Of a stretch of 40,334 nt of DNA, positions 27,894 to 35,923 are shown piece after piece. The notes below the pieces were generated by a model. That model was not told the DNA's origin, did no database searches, and was given only the letters and a program-made list of their open reading frames with translations. Source of the stretch: an uncultured bacterium (GTDB lineage Bacteria > Hinthialibacterota > Hinthialibacteria > OLB16); the NCBI GenBank assembly GCA_964481775.1, contig CAYZUX010000023.1, positions 1 through 40,334 on the forward strand. The letters are read 5' to 3'. A program made the translations under genes and the position numbers. Positions within the stretch are counted from its first letter, which is position 1; each line of letters begins with the position of its first letter.

Positions 27894-29378
27894 ATGGATC
27901 GGAATTATTACCTTGCGATAGACCTGGGTGCCGAAAGTGGTCGCGCTGTAATAGGGTCGATTGATGAGGGAAAACTGATGGTTGAGGAAATCCATCGATT
28001 CCCGAATGCTCCCGTAACCATATGTGGAACATTGTACTGGGACATCTTGAATATCTATGCCAATATCATTGAATCCCTGGATCGGTACCAACAACGATTT
28101 GGGGATTCAGTGAATGGCATTGGCATCGACAGCTGGGCAGTTGACTTTGGCTTGATTGATCGATATGGGAACCTTCTTCAAAATCCAGTCTGTTATCGTG
28201 ACTCCCGGACAGAAGGGATGTTTGAAAGAGTTGAGAAATCACTGTCAAAGAGAGAGGTATTTGACATTACTGGGATAGGTCTTATACCGATCTATACTCT
28301 CTGTCAGTTGAAATCATTGCGCATTCACCAGCCGGAATTGTTGAAATCAGCTGAAAAGCTCCTTTTGATCCCGGATCTTCTGAATTATTTTCTGTGCGGT
28401 AGTGTCGGCTGCGAACAGACAAATGCTATCACCACACAGCTTTATGACCCGCGCCAGGGTACCTGGAGTCATAAGATTTTTGACCTGATGGATTTTCCGT
28501 ATTCCATAATGGCCGATATCAACGCTCCTGGTACCTATTTGGGGGAACTGAGAGATTCCATCAAAGTCCAAACAGGTCTACGAAATGCTCCGGTAGTTTC
28601 TGTTTGCTCACATGATACTGGTTCTGCAGTTGCTGCTGTTCCAGCAGCAGTGGAAAATTATGGTTTTATCAGTTCCGGAACATGGTCTGTTGTCGGAATG
28701 ATGACGGGTGAGTTGATAACCACTGACGAGGCATTTTCCGCCAATGTCTGCAACGAACTGACAGCGGAGGGATTATTCCTGTGCCGTAACATAATGGGTT
28801 TGTGGTTGTTACAGCAAGCTCGCGCTGCATGGAGACGCAAAGGCATATCATATAGTTATGACGATCTGGTTCATTTGGCAGGTGAGGCTCCCCGTTCAGG
28901 ACCTCTTGTAATGGTTGATGATCCGACGTTCCTTCATCCAACAGACATGGTGGAGGCAATTCGTGTGTTTTGCCAGAAGACAGGACAGAAATCGATTTCA
29001 TCCGATGCTGGCTTTGTCTGCTGTATACTTGAAAGTCTGGCATTGGCGTACCGTCAGGCGCTAAACCAGATTCATCGCATCACCGGTCGTAGAAGTGAAA
29101 TCCTCCACATCGTTGGAGGGGGTGCTCTAAACTCTGTTTTGTGTCAATATACTGCAAACGCCACGGGAATAACCGTTTTGGCAGGTCCTCAGGATGCGAC
29201 TGCAACAGGCAATATCCTGGTTCAGGCACTATCACGCGGTGATTTGAAATCAATCAAGGAAATCCATGAAGTTGTTCGATCCTCAAGTCGTTTGGTTCAA
29301 TATGAACCATGTGACAATAAATATTGGGAAGATCGAATTGCCTACTACAATAAAATAATCAAAACACCTGAAGATTGA
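27894..29378 (+). CDS. FGGY-family carbohydrate kinase, rhamnulokinase (RhaB)-like
   Basis: The ORF track starts at 27876. The Met at 27894 has a GGGAG RBS. The N-terminus MDRNYYLAIDLGAESGRAVIG…EIHRFPNAP…GTLYWDI and IDSWAVDFGLIDRYGNLL match the RhaB pattern (VAVDLGASSGRVM…EIHRFNN…WDVD; IDTWGVDF). The length (~494 aa) fits. Confidence 0.75.
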   Translation: MDRNYYLAIDLGAESGRAVIGSIDEGKLMVEEIHRFPNAPVTICGTLYWDILNIYANIIESLDRYQQRFGDSVNGIGIDSWAVDFGLIDRYGNLLQNPVCYRDSRTEGMFERVEKSLSKREVFDITGIGLIPIYTLCQLKSLRIHQPELLKSAEKLLLIPDLLNYFLCGSVGCEQTNAITTQLYDPRQGTWSHKIFDLMDFPYSIMADINAPGTYLGELRDSIKVQTGLRNAPVVSVCSHDTGSAVAAVPAAVENYGFISSGTWSVVGMMTGELITTDEAFSANVCNELTAEGLFLCRNIMGLWLLQQARAAWRRKGISYSYDDLVHLAGEAPRSGPLVMVDDPTFLHPTDMVEAIRVFCQKTGQKSISSDAGFVCCILESLALAYRQALNQIHRITGRRSEILHIVGGGALNSVLCQYTANATGITVLAGPQDATATGNILVQALSRGDLKSIKEIHEVVRSSSRLVQYEPCDNKYWEDRIAYYNKIIKTPED

Positions 29379-29409
29379 TTCTTAAAAGAATGATCAGGAG
29401 GAAAGAAAG

Positions 29410-30396
29410 GTGCTTGCTGGACATTCATTCGGAGCTTGTTTACCCACATTCGGGAGTTGCGCGGATCGCTACTGCCTTGGCGGTTATGGTGGTGGGGGGG
29501 AAACCATCAAGGAGATGATAGACCTTTCCCTGAAGGTTAAAGGAATAGATGGGCTTGAACTGGTTGGTAATTGGCATGTCAATGATAACAATATACGTGA
29601 AATTGGAGCCATGTTCAAAGACAGGAATCTCAAAATTCCGATGTTGGTTCCAGACCTTTGGACACAGGCTAAATGGGGCAAGGGTAGTCTTGCTGCACCC
29701 GACGCAGTTACCCGGCAAGCGGCAATTGATGAAGTCCGCAAGGTGATGGATTGGGCGGCAGAGTTGAATTGTCCTTATGTGGATGTTTGGCCGGGTCAGG
29801 ATGGTTATGATTATTGCTTCCAGACTGATCACCTTGCTGCTTGGGAATGGCTACATGATGGTCTGGCAGCCTGTGCTTCTCATAATGATAAGGTAAAAGT
29901 TCTGGTCGAATACAAACTTAAGGAGCCAAGGACACATATTATTGTCAACAGTGCCGCAAAAACTCTCCTGCTCCTGGAAGATCTTCCCAATGTTGGCTGT
30001 CTACTGGATATTGGACATTCACTTGCCGCGGGAGAAAACATCGCGGAAGCTGCTTCACTACTAGCCCGTTATGGGAAGCTGGATTACCTTCACCTCAATG
30101 ATAACTATCGGTCTTGGGATGATGACATGATGCTTGGCTCGGTTCATCTTGTCGAGACCCTCGAACTGGCTTATTGGTTGAAACGATTGAACTATAATGG
30201 TTGGCTCACTCTCGATATTTTCCCTTACCGGGAGGATGGTGTTCGTGCCGCAACCCAGTGTTACCGGTGGATGGAAGCTCTGTTTTCATGTATTGAGCGT
30301 GTCGGGATGGACGAAATTGGATCAGTCATTAAGACAGGCGATGGATGTTCGGCAGTTGAAATTGTTCGGCGAGCATTTGGCCTGGAAAAAGACTAA
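29410..30396 (+). CDS. Xylose-isomerase-like TIM-barrel sugar (phosphate) isomerase/epimerase
   Basis: GTG start at 29410 with a strong AGGAGGAAAGAAAG RBS. The motifs …CLLDIGHSLAAGENI… and …LDYLHLNDN… are typical of the AP-endonuclease-2/xylose-isomerase-like (beta/alpha)8 family, which includes ketose 3-epimerases, OtnI-type isomerases and L-rhamnose-isomerase relatives. Confidence 0.65.
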   Translation: MLAGHSFGACLPTFGSCADRYCLGGYGGGGETIKEMIDLSLKVKGIDGLELVGNWHVNDNNIREIGAMFKDRNLKIPMLVPDLWTQAKWGKGSLAAPDAVTRQAAIDEVRKVMDWAAELNCPYVDVWPGQDGYDYCFQTDHLAAWEWLHDGLAACASHNDKVKVLVEYKLKEPRTHIIVNSAAKTLLLLEDLPNVGCLLDIGHSLAAGENIAEAASLLARYGKLDYLHLNDNYRSWDDDMMLGSVHLVETLELAYWLKRLNYNGWLTLDIFPYREDGVRAATQCYRWMEALFSCIERVGMDEIGSVIKTGDGCSAVEIVRRAFGLEKD

Positions 30397-30470
30397 TCTC
30401 ATTGTCCAAGATTGATTTCAATAAAAATCTGATAATGGCTGAGATGGCTGATACTTTAAATGTGAATATT

Positions 30471-30499
30471 TTCTTCACATGGATTCCACGCGGTATAAT
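30471..30499 (+). promoter_or_regulatory. Candidate promoter with consensus -10 hexamer in the 183-bp gap upstream of the lipoyl/E1/BMC gene string
   Basis: TATAAT at 30494-30499 with a weak -35 (TTCTTC, or TTCACA at non-ideal spacing). This is a by-eye match only. Confidence 0.2.
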
Positions 30500-30579
30500 T
30501 TCATGATAAGAATAGATCCGAAACTTCATGACCGGGATAGGGTCAGTCGGTTTCTTTGTTCAAAGGATGGGAATAGTAC

Positions 30580-31053
30580 ATGGTAGTTGCAATCAAAGTA
30601 CCAGACATGGGAACAACTGTGGATACAGTTATTTTAACAACCTGGCTGGTCAAAGAAGGCGAACATATTTCTCGTGGAGATCCAATTGCGGAAATTCAGA
30701 CTGATAAAGCGAATGTACAGCTTGAATCCGTTGCAGAAGGGATTCTCTTGAAGTGTATTGTGGAGGAGAATACAGAGCTTTCGGTAGGCCAAATTCTTGC
30801 CTACATTGGTTCGGCTGGGGAAATTATCGATGATGCGGCAATACCGGATTCCTCCTGTAATCCTGTTAAAAATGAGCAGTTTACTACAAGTCCAGAATCC
30901 TCATCGATAATATCAGTTCATGAAAACCCAACTGGTGAAGCTGCTGGTGATTCAGGTAAGTCTAATGACGGGAAAAAACGGGTCAAGGGTTCAACTCCGG
31001 TTTCGAAGATGGTCCGTAACCTGGCCCGGAAACACCAATTGGATTTGAATTAA
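30580..31053 (+). CDS. Lipoyl-domain protein with linker and the N-terminal half of a peripheral-subunit-binding domain (E2-like, lacking any catalytic acyltransferase domain); reads in frame into E1-alpha across a TAA
   Basis: The lipoyl-lysine motif is IAEIQTDKANVQLES within MVVAIKVPDMGTTVDTVILTTWLVKEGEHISRGD…. A Pro/Ser/Ala-rich linker follows, then GSTPVSKMVRNLARKHQLDLN-stop. The PSBD consensus (…RKLA.[23 protein letters not shown]) continues directly after the stop as VRGTGKGGSITREDV in the same frame. Confidence 0.75.
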   Translation: MVVAIKVPDMGTTVDTVILTTWLVKEGEHISRGDPIAEIQTDKANVQLESVAEGILLKCIVEENTELSVGQILAYIGSAGEIIDDAAIPDSSCNPVKNEQFTTSPESSSIISVHENPTGEAAGDSGKSNDGKKRVKGSTPVSKMVRNLARKHQLDLN

Positions 31054-31098
31054 GTCCGGGGCACAGGGAAGGGCGGAAGCATTACTCGTGAGGATGTA

Positions 31099-32100
31099 AT
31101 GCGTTTGGTGAACTCCACATCACCTGTGACTCCCATACCTGATGAAAACGATCCTTCATTTCTACTTGATCTTTACCGGAAAATGCTTCTGATCCGAAGG
31201 TTTGAAGAGCGCGTCAAATACCTTTTCCTTGAAGGTATCATGCCGGGTACCATTCATCAGTATCAGGGTGAGGAGGCTGTGGCGGTAGGAGTATGTGCCA
31301 CACTTAACCGGGATGACATCATAACAAGCACGCACCGTCCGCATGGTCACGCAATAGCCAAGGGGATTCCCATCAATTCATTGCTCAATGAATTGTTCGG
31401 AAAGACAACGGGTTGTTGTCGTGGTAAGGGAGGTTCGATGCATGTGGGCGATCTGGAACTGGGCATGGTTCCTGCCATTGCCATTGTGGGTGGAAATGTC
31501 CCACTGGCAACAGGTTGTGCTCTTGCATTTAAGATGAGGGGAGAATCGAGGGTAGCGGTTTCCTTCATGGGCGACGGAGCCATTAATGAAGGTGCCTTTC
31601 ATGAGGGTGTGAACATGGGTGCTATCTGGTCACTTCCTGTAATCTACGTTATCGAAAATAACCTGTACTCAGCATCGACACCGATTGGGAGCACAGTTAA
31701 GTTGTCAAAACTCTCTGATCGGGCCTTAGGCTATGGAATCCCTGGTGTCACTATTGATGGAAATGATGTCATGGAGGTCTACCGTGCAAGCCGTGAAGCT
31801 GTGGACCGTGCTCGAAAGGGGAAAGGTCCTACGCTGATCGAAGCCATCACCTATCGAATAACTGGTCACTCACGACGCGATCCCTGTAATTACCAGCCGG
31901 AAGAAGAGCGCAATGAGGCGATAAAGAAAGAACCAATTGGGCGATTTGAAAAACACCTGATTGAAACTGGCCTTATCAACCGGGATCAACTGAACCAGAT
32001 TAGCAAGGAAATAGATTTAGAGATTGAAGAGGCTGTTCAGGAAGCCATAAATGGACCAGATCCAAAACCAGAAGACGCTTTACAAGATGTCTTTGTGTGA
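31099..32100 (+). CDS. TPP-dependent 2-oxoacid/acetoin dehydrogenase E1 component alpha subunit
   Basis: …LYRKMLLIRRFEERV…IHQYQGEEAVAVGVCATLNRDDIITSTHRPHGHAIAKG…. The TPP motif is GDGAINEGAFHEGVNMGAIWSLPVIYVIENNLY. It is in the same frame as the upstream lipoyl ORF, with a GAGGA RBS before the ATG at 31099. Confidence 0.85.
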   Translation: MRLVNSTSPVTPIPDENDPSFLLDLYRKMLLIRRFEERVKYLFLEGIMPGTIHQYQGEEAVAVGVCATLNRDDIITSTHRPHGHAIAKGIPINSLLNELFGKTTGCCRGKGGSMHVGDLELGMVPAIAIVGGNVPLATGCALAFKMRGESRVAVSFMGDGAINEGAFHEGVNMGAIWSLPVIYVIENNLYSASTPIGSTVKLSKLSDRALGYGIPGVTIDGNDVMEVYRASREAVDRARKGKGPTLIEAITYRITGHSRRDPCNYQPEEERNEAIKKEPIGRFEKHLIETGLINRDQLNQISKEIDLEIEEAVQEAINGPDPKPEDALQDVFV

Positions 32101-32115
32101 GAGAAGGAAAGAATT

Positions 32116-33132
32116 GTGTCAAAAAAATCGATTGCTGAAGCCTTGCGTGAAGGTTTGCGTGAAGAAATGTTACGCGATGAGAGGGTTTTCTGTATTGGTG
32201 AGGATATTGCCATCCCAGGCGGATGGGGAGGAGCCTTCACCGTTACCCTGGGTTTGGAAAGCGATTTTGCTGACCGGATGATTAATACACCCATATCAGA
32301 AAATGGTGCGTTTGGTGTGGCTTGTGGAGCAGCGATGATGGGGATGAGACCAATCGCCGATGTTCAATATGGGGATTTCCTGTTCTGCGCCATGGATCAG
32401 GTTGCCAACAACATTGCAAAATTACGATATATGTCTGGAGGCAAGCTCGAGGTCCCAATCGTCATGCGTGCACCTGTCGGAGCCACCGGACGCGGAGCAC
32501 AACACGCTCAGAATCTCGAATCTATCTTTCTCTCCATTCCCGGAATCAAAATAGTGTGTCCCGCGACTGCTTATGATGCCAAGGGCTTACTAAAAGCAGC
32601 TGTTCGTGATAATAATCCTGTTCTTATGTTTGAACATAAGTTACTTTATGGCTCAAAAGGGGCACGGGCTGAATCGGGCTCACTGGATGCATCCAGTGAA
32701 ATCCCGGATCATGATTATATTGTACCCATTGGCAAAGGTATTGTTCGACGGGAAGGCAGTGATGTGACCATTGTCGGGACCCTGTTGATGATGCATTACG
32801 CTTTGAACGCCGCGGAAGTACTTGCAGCTGAAGGAATAAGCGCGGAAGTTATCGATCCCAGATCCCTGAATCCTTTTGATTGGCCTATCCTGGAGAAATC
32901 GGTCAGGAAAACCACTCGGTTGGTGACCGTCGAGGAAGGTCCATGCTTTGGTGGAATTGGTGCGGAAATATCAGCAACTGTTTCCGAACGATTGGGGGAT
33001 TACCTGACTGCCCCGATTTCTCGTGTGGGTGCACCCAATATTCCCGTACCCTTTGCCCCCATCATGGAAAACTATTATCGTCCAGATGTAAATAAGATCA
33101 TTGAAACTGTCCGGCAAGTGTGTGATAATTGA
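32116..33132 (+). CDS. E1 component beta subunit (transketolase-like pyrimidine-binding and C-terminal domains)
   Basis: GTG start with a GAAGGAAAG RBS, 15 nt after the E1-alpha stop. Motifs include …VFCIGEDIAIPGGWGGAFTVTLGLESDFADRMINTPISENGAFGVACGAAMMGMRPIADVQYGDFL… and …HAQNLESIFLSIPGIKIVCPATAYDAKGLL…. Confidence 0.85.
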   Translation: MSKKSIAEALREGLREEMLRDERVFCIGEDIAIPGGWGGAFTVTLGLESDFADRMINTPISENGAFGVACGAAMMGMRPIADVQYGDFLFCAMDQVANNIAKLRYMSGGKLEVPIVMRAPVGATGRGAQHAQNLESIFLSIPGIKIVCPATAYDAKGLLKAAVRDNNPVLMFEHKLLYGSKGARAESGSLDASSEIPDHDYIVPIGKGIVRREGSDVTIVGTLLMMHYALNAAEVLAAEGISAEVIDPRSLNPFDWPILEKSVRKTTRLVTVEEGPCFGGIGAEISATVSERLGDYLTAPISRVGAPNIPVPFAPIMENYYRPDVNKIIETVRQVCDN

Positions 33133-33175
33133 TCAAATGCCAGATTTTTTAATATTATTCCGTTAGGATACTGAA

Positions 33176-33796
33176 ATGACTGAACTGCGTAGTTTTATCA
33201 TACTTGATAATCTTCAGGAACAGTTGGCCTCATTCATGGCATCGACTGTCCAGGGGTATATGCCAGTGGCAGGAATGGCTTCCTTGTTTGTGGAGGTAGC
33301 ACCGGGTATGGAGATTGTCAGATTGCTGGATCGAGCTGTAAAAGCAACCGGTGTCCGTCCCGCGATTCAGGTTGTCGAGAGAAACTTTGGTGCTTTAGAA
33401 GTTCATTCAGATTCCCAAGCCGATGTTCGCCAGGCAGGCCTGGCAATTCTGGAGGCACTGGGAATGACGGAGGAGGACAGGATGAAACCAAGAATCGCTT
33501 CGTCCACGGTCATCCGGAAGGTGGATCCCTATCATGCCTCATTAATTAACAAAAGTCGTTCAGGTTCTTTATTGCTTGCCGGTCAGACTTTGTTTATTCT
33601 CGAGACACAACCAGCCATGTATGCAGTGCTGGCGTCCAATGAAGCGGAAAAGGCCAGCAAAGTGACCCTGGTGGATATACGTCCATTTGGAAATTATGGA
33701 CGATTGTACCTGGGGGGGGATGAGGCTGATGTCGTGGTGGGAAGTCAGGCCGCGATAAACTCGTTAATCAATCTTTCTGGGAAAGAAACCAACTGA
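33176..33796 (+). CDS. BMC-T shell protein (tandem BMC-domain, probably permuted PduB/EutL-like)
   Basis: Two BMC-like halves. The second ends …[35 protein letters not shown], which matches the canonical BMC C-terminal pattern G.V..V.GDV.AV..A. Confidence 0.65.
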   Translation: MTELRSFIILDNLQEQLASFMASTVQGYMPVAGMASLFVEVAPGMEIVRLLDRAVKATGVRPAIQVVERNFGALEVHSDSQADVRQAGLAILEALGMTEEDRMKPRIASSTVIRKVDPYHASLINKSRSGSLLLAGQTLFILETQPAMYAVLASNEAEKASKVTLVDIRPFGNYGRLYLGGDEADVVVGSQAAINSLINLSGKETN

Positions 33797-33810
33797 GAGG
33801 AGAAAGTAAA

Positions 33811-34116
33811 ATGGCGGATGCACTTGGGATGATCGAAACACAAGGATTTGCAGCGATGGTGGAGGCCTCGGATGCGATGGTCAAGGCTGCCAAGGTTGAG
33901 CTTGTGGGATATGAGAAGACAGGTGGAGGCTATGTTACAGCGATTATCAGGGGAGATGTGGCCGCTGTTAAAGCCGCCTGTGAGGCGGGAGAACGGGGTG
34001 CGCGGGGAGTGGGTCAAGTCATATCAATCCATATCATCCCACGACCCCATACGAATGTAGACCTGGTTCTTCCTTTAGGCCGCAAAGAGGAAGCCGCCAA
34101 AGAAGCCGGAAAGTAG
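33811..34116 (+). CDS. BMC-H shell protein (PduA/EutM-type hexamer)
   Basis: [64 protein letters not shown] is a textbook Pfam00936 single-domain sequence with a short charged C-terminal tail. Confidence 0.9.
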   Translation: MADALGMIETQGFAAMVEASDAMVKAAKVELVGYEKTGGGYVTAIIRGDVAAVKAACEAGERGARGVGQVISIHIIPRPHTNVDLVLPLGRKEEAAKEAGK

Positions 34117-34123
34117 AATTTCC

Positions 34124-34420
34124 ATGCAGATTGGCAGAGTGATTGGAACTGTGGTATCCACCGCTAAAGAACCCATGTTGGAAGGCCGGAAGCTGCTGGT
34201 GGTTCGTTCCCTCGATCTGAATGCGAAGGCGACAACAGGTTATGTGGTGGCAGTTGATTCGGTGGATGCGGGGATTGGTGATGTGGTCCTTGTCGCTCAG
34301 GGAAGTTCAGCCCGTTTGACAGGTGCCACAAAGGACCGTCCATGCGATGCGGTGATAATCGGGATTGTGGATTCATGGGATGTTGGCGGCGTAACCAAAT
34401 ACAGGAAAAGTGAAGAATGA
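34124..34420 (+). CDS. BMC-P vertex protein (EutN/PduN/CcmL family)
   Basis: MQIGRVIGTVVSTAKEPMLEGRKLLVV…GYVVAVDSVDAGIGDVVLVAQGSSARL…AVIIGIVDSWDV follows the EutN/CcmL pattern. Its stop overlaps the AldDH start (ATGA at 34417-34420). Confidence 0.85.
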   Translation: MQIGRVIGTVVSTAKEPMLEGRKLLVVRSLDLNAKATTGYVVAVDSVDAGIGDVVLVAQGSSARLTGATKDRPCDAVIIGIVDSWDVGGVTKYRKSEE

Positions 34421-35793
34421 CCCAGCGACAGCCAGTGTCAAGCCAGTCCTTGTGTTCTCCCTCCGTCTCCAGTGAGGGACCATGTTTTCCCTGTGTCGAT
34501 GCAGCAGTCACACGTGCATGCACAGCTTTCGAGGCTATGTCTGGTATGAACCTCGATACTCGTATTCGTGTGGTGGCTGCCATGCGCCAGGCAGCCAGGA
34601 ATCATGTCAAGGAATTAGCTTCACTGGCGGTCGAGGAAACGGGGCTTGGAAGGGTTGAGGATAAGGTTCGAAAAAACCTGCTGGTCACTATCAAAACTCC
34701 CGGTCCGGAATTCCTGGAACCTGTCGCTCAAAGCGGCTCCCGTGGTTTGATGTTGATGGAACGGGCGCCTTATGGAGTGATAGCATCCATTATTCCCGTT
34801 ACCAATCCCACTACCACGGTAATCAACAATGGGATAGCCATGATCAGCGCAGGGAACGCAGTGGTTTTCAATGCTCATCCCGGGGCCAAACGATGTTCCA
34901 ACCGTTGCATAGAAATTCTTAACGAAGCGATTATGGGCGCAGGGGGTCCCCCTGATCTGTTGACGGCGATTCCAGATCCAACGATCGGGACAGCACAGGC
35001 GTTAATGCGCCATACGAAGATCGCTTTGCTGTGTGTCACGGGGGGACCTGGAGTTGTACGCGAAGCCATGAATTGTGGCAAGAAGGTGATCGCCGCGGGA
35101 GCAGGAAATCCTCCCGCGGTCGTCGATGAAACCGCTGACATAAGTAATGCGGCAAATTCCATTGTCGCTGGTGCTTCTTTGGATAACAACATCATCTGCA
35201 CGGACGAAAAGGTCGTGGTAGTTGTCGATTCCATCGCTGATGATCTGAAGCGTCATATGCTGGCCCTGAATTGCGTTGAAGTTTCCGGAATTGATTTGCA
35301 GCGAGTATGTCGCTCGATCTTCAAATCCATTGAGGGCCGTTTTGGAACAATAAATACGCAAATGGTGGGTAAGGATGCCAGTATGATTCTGTCCGGGGCA
35401 GGGATCAATTGCCCCGCAGAAACACGTTTGGCTCTTTGCGAGGTTGACCGGGATCACCCGCTCGCCTGGACTGAGCAACTGATGCCAATTCTTCCGATTG
35501 TCCGAGCCAAGGACGTGGATGAGGCCATTTCCCTGGCGGTTGCTTATGAAAATGGACGGCGCCATACAGCGACCATGCATTCCACGAACATAGAAAAGTT
35601 GAATAAGATGGCTCGGATAGCCAACTGTTCAATCTTTGTCATGAATGGACCCTCCTTTGCCGGCCTGGGAATGGGTGGCGAGGGATATGCCTCGTTTACA
35701 ATAGCCAGTCCGACTGGAGAAGGTCTGACAAGTCCGATCAGTTTTACACGTGAGCGCCGTTGTACTCTGGTCGACACGCTAAGAATCGTGTAG
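34417..35793 (+). CDS. CoA-acylating aldehyde dehydrogenase (PduP/EutE-like BMC signature enzyme) with ~40-aa N-terminal extension
   Basis: …ERAPYGVIASIIPVTNPTTTVINNGIAMISAGNAVVFNAHPGAKRC…; the catalytic Cys context is LDNNIICTDEKVVVV. The N-terminal MTQRQPVSSQSLCSPSVSSEGPCFPCVDAAVTRACTAFEAMSGM precedes the conserved core. Confidence 0.85.
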   Translation: MTQRQPVSSQSLCSPSVSSEGPCFPCVDAAVTRACTAFEAMSGMNLDTRIRVVAAMRQAARNHVKELASLAVEETGLGRVEDKVRKNLLVTIKTPGPEFLEPVAQSGSRGLMLMERAPYGVIASIIPVTNPTTTVINNGIAMISAGNAVVFNAHPGAKRCSNRCIEILNEAIMGAGGPPDLLTAIPDPTIGTAQALMRHTKIALLCVTGGPGVVREAMNCGKKVIAAGAGNPPAVVDETADISNAANSIVAGASLDNNIICTDEKVVVVVDSIADDLKRHMLALNCVEVSGIDLQRVCRSIFKSIEGRFGTINTQMVGKDASMILSGAGINCPAETRLALCEVDRDHPLAWTEQLMPILPIVRAKDVDEAISLAVAYENGRRHTATMHSTNIEKLNKMARIANCSIFVMNGPSFAGLGMGGEGYASFTIASPTGEGLTSPISFTRERRCTLVDTLRIV

Positions 35794-35923
35794 TCCATAC
35801 TATTTTCTGATAAAAAGAGTAGAGTTCAAGATTGTAATAAATTGGGTTAGTGATAATTATTGTACCATCAGATAAACTTGTCACCAGATAATCCAAACAT
35901 AAAATAAAACGGGAGATATTCGA

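Noticed and set aside
31051-31053. Alternative genetic code (TAA read as a sense codon) to explain the in-frame stop between the lipoyl-PSBD module and E1-alpha
   Set aside because: TAA, TAG and TGA all terminate other well-defined genes in this window at their expected ends (for example TAA ends the TIM-barrel isomerase, fused BMC-T and aldolase). The standard code applies.
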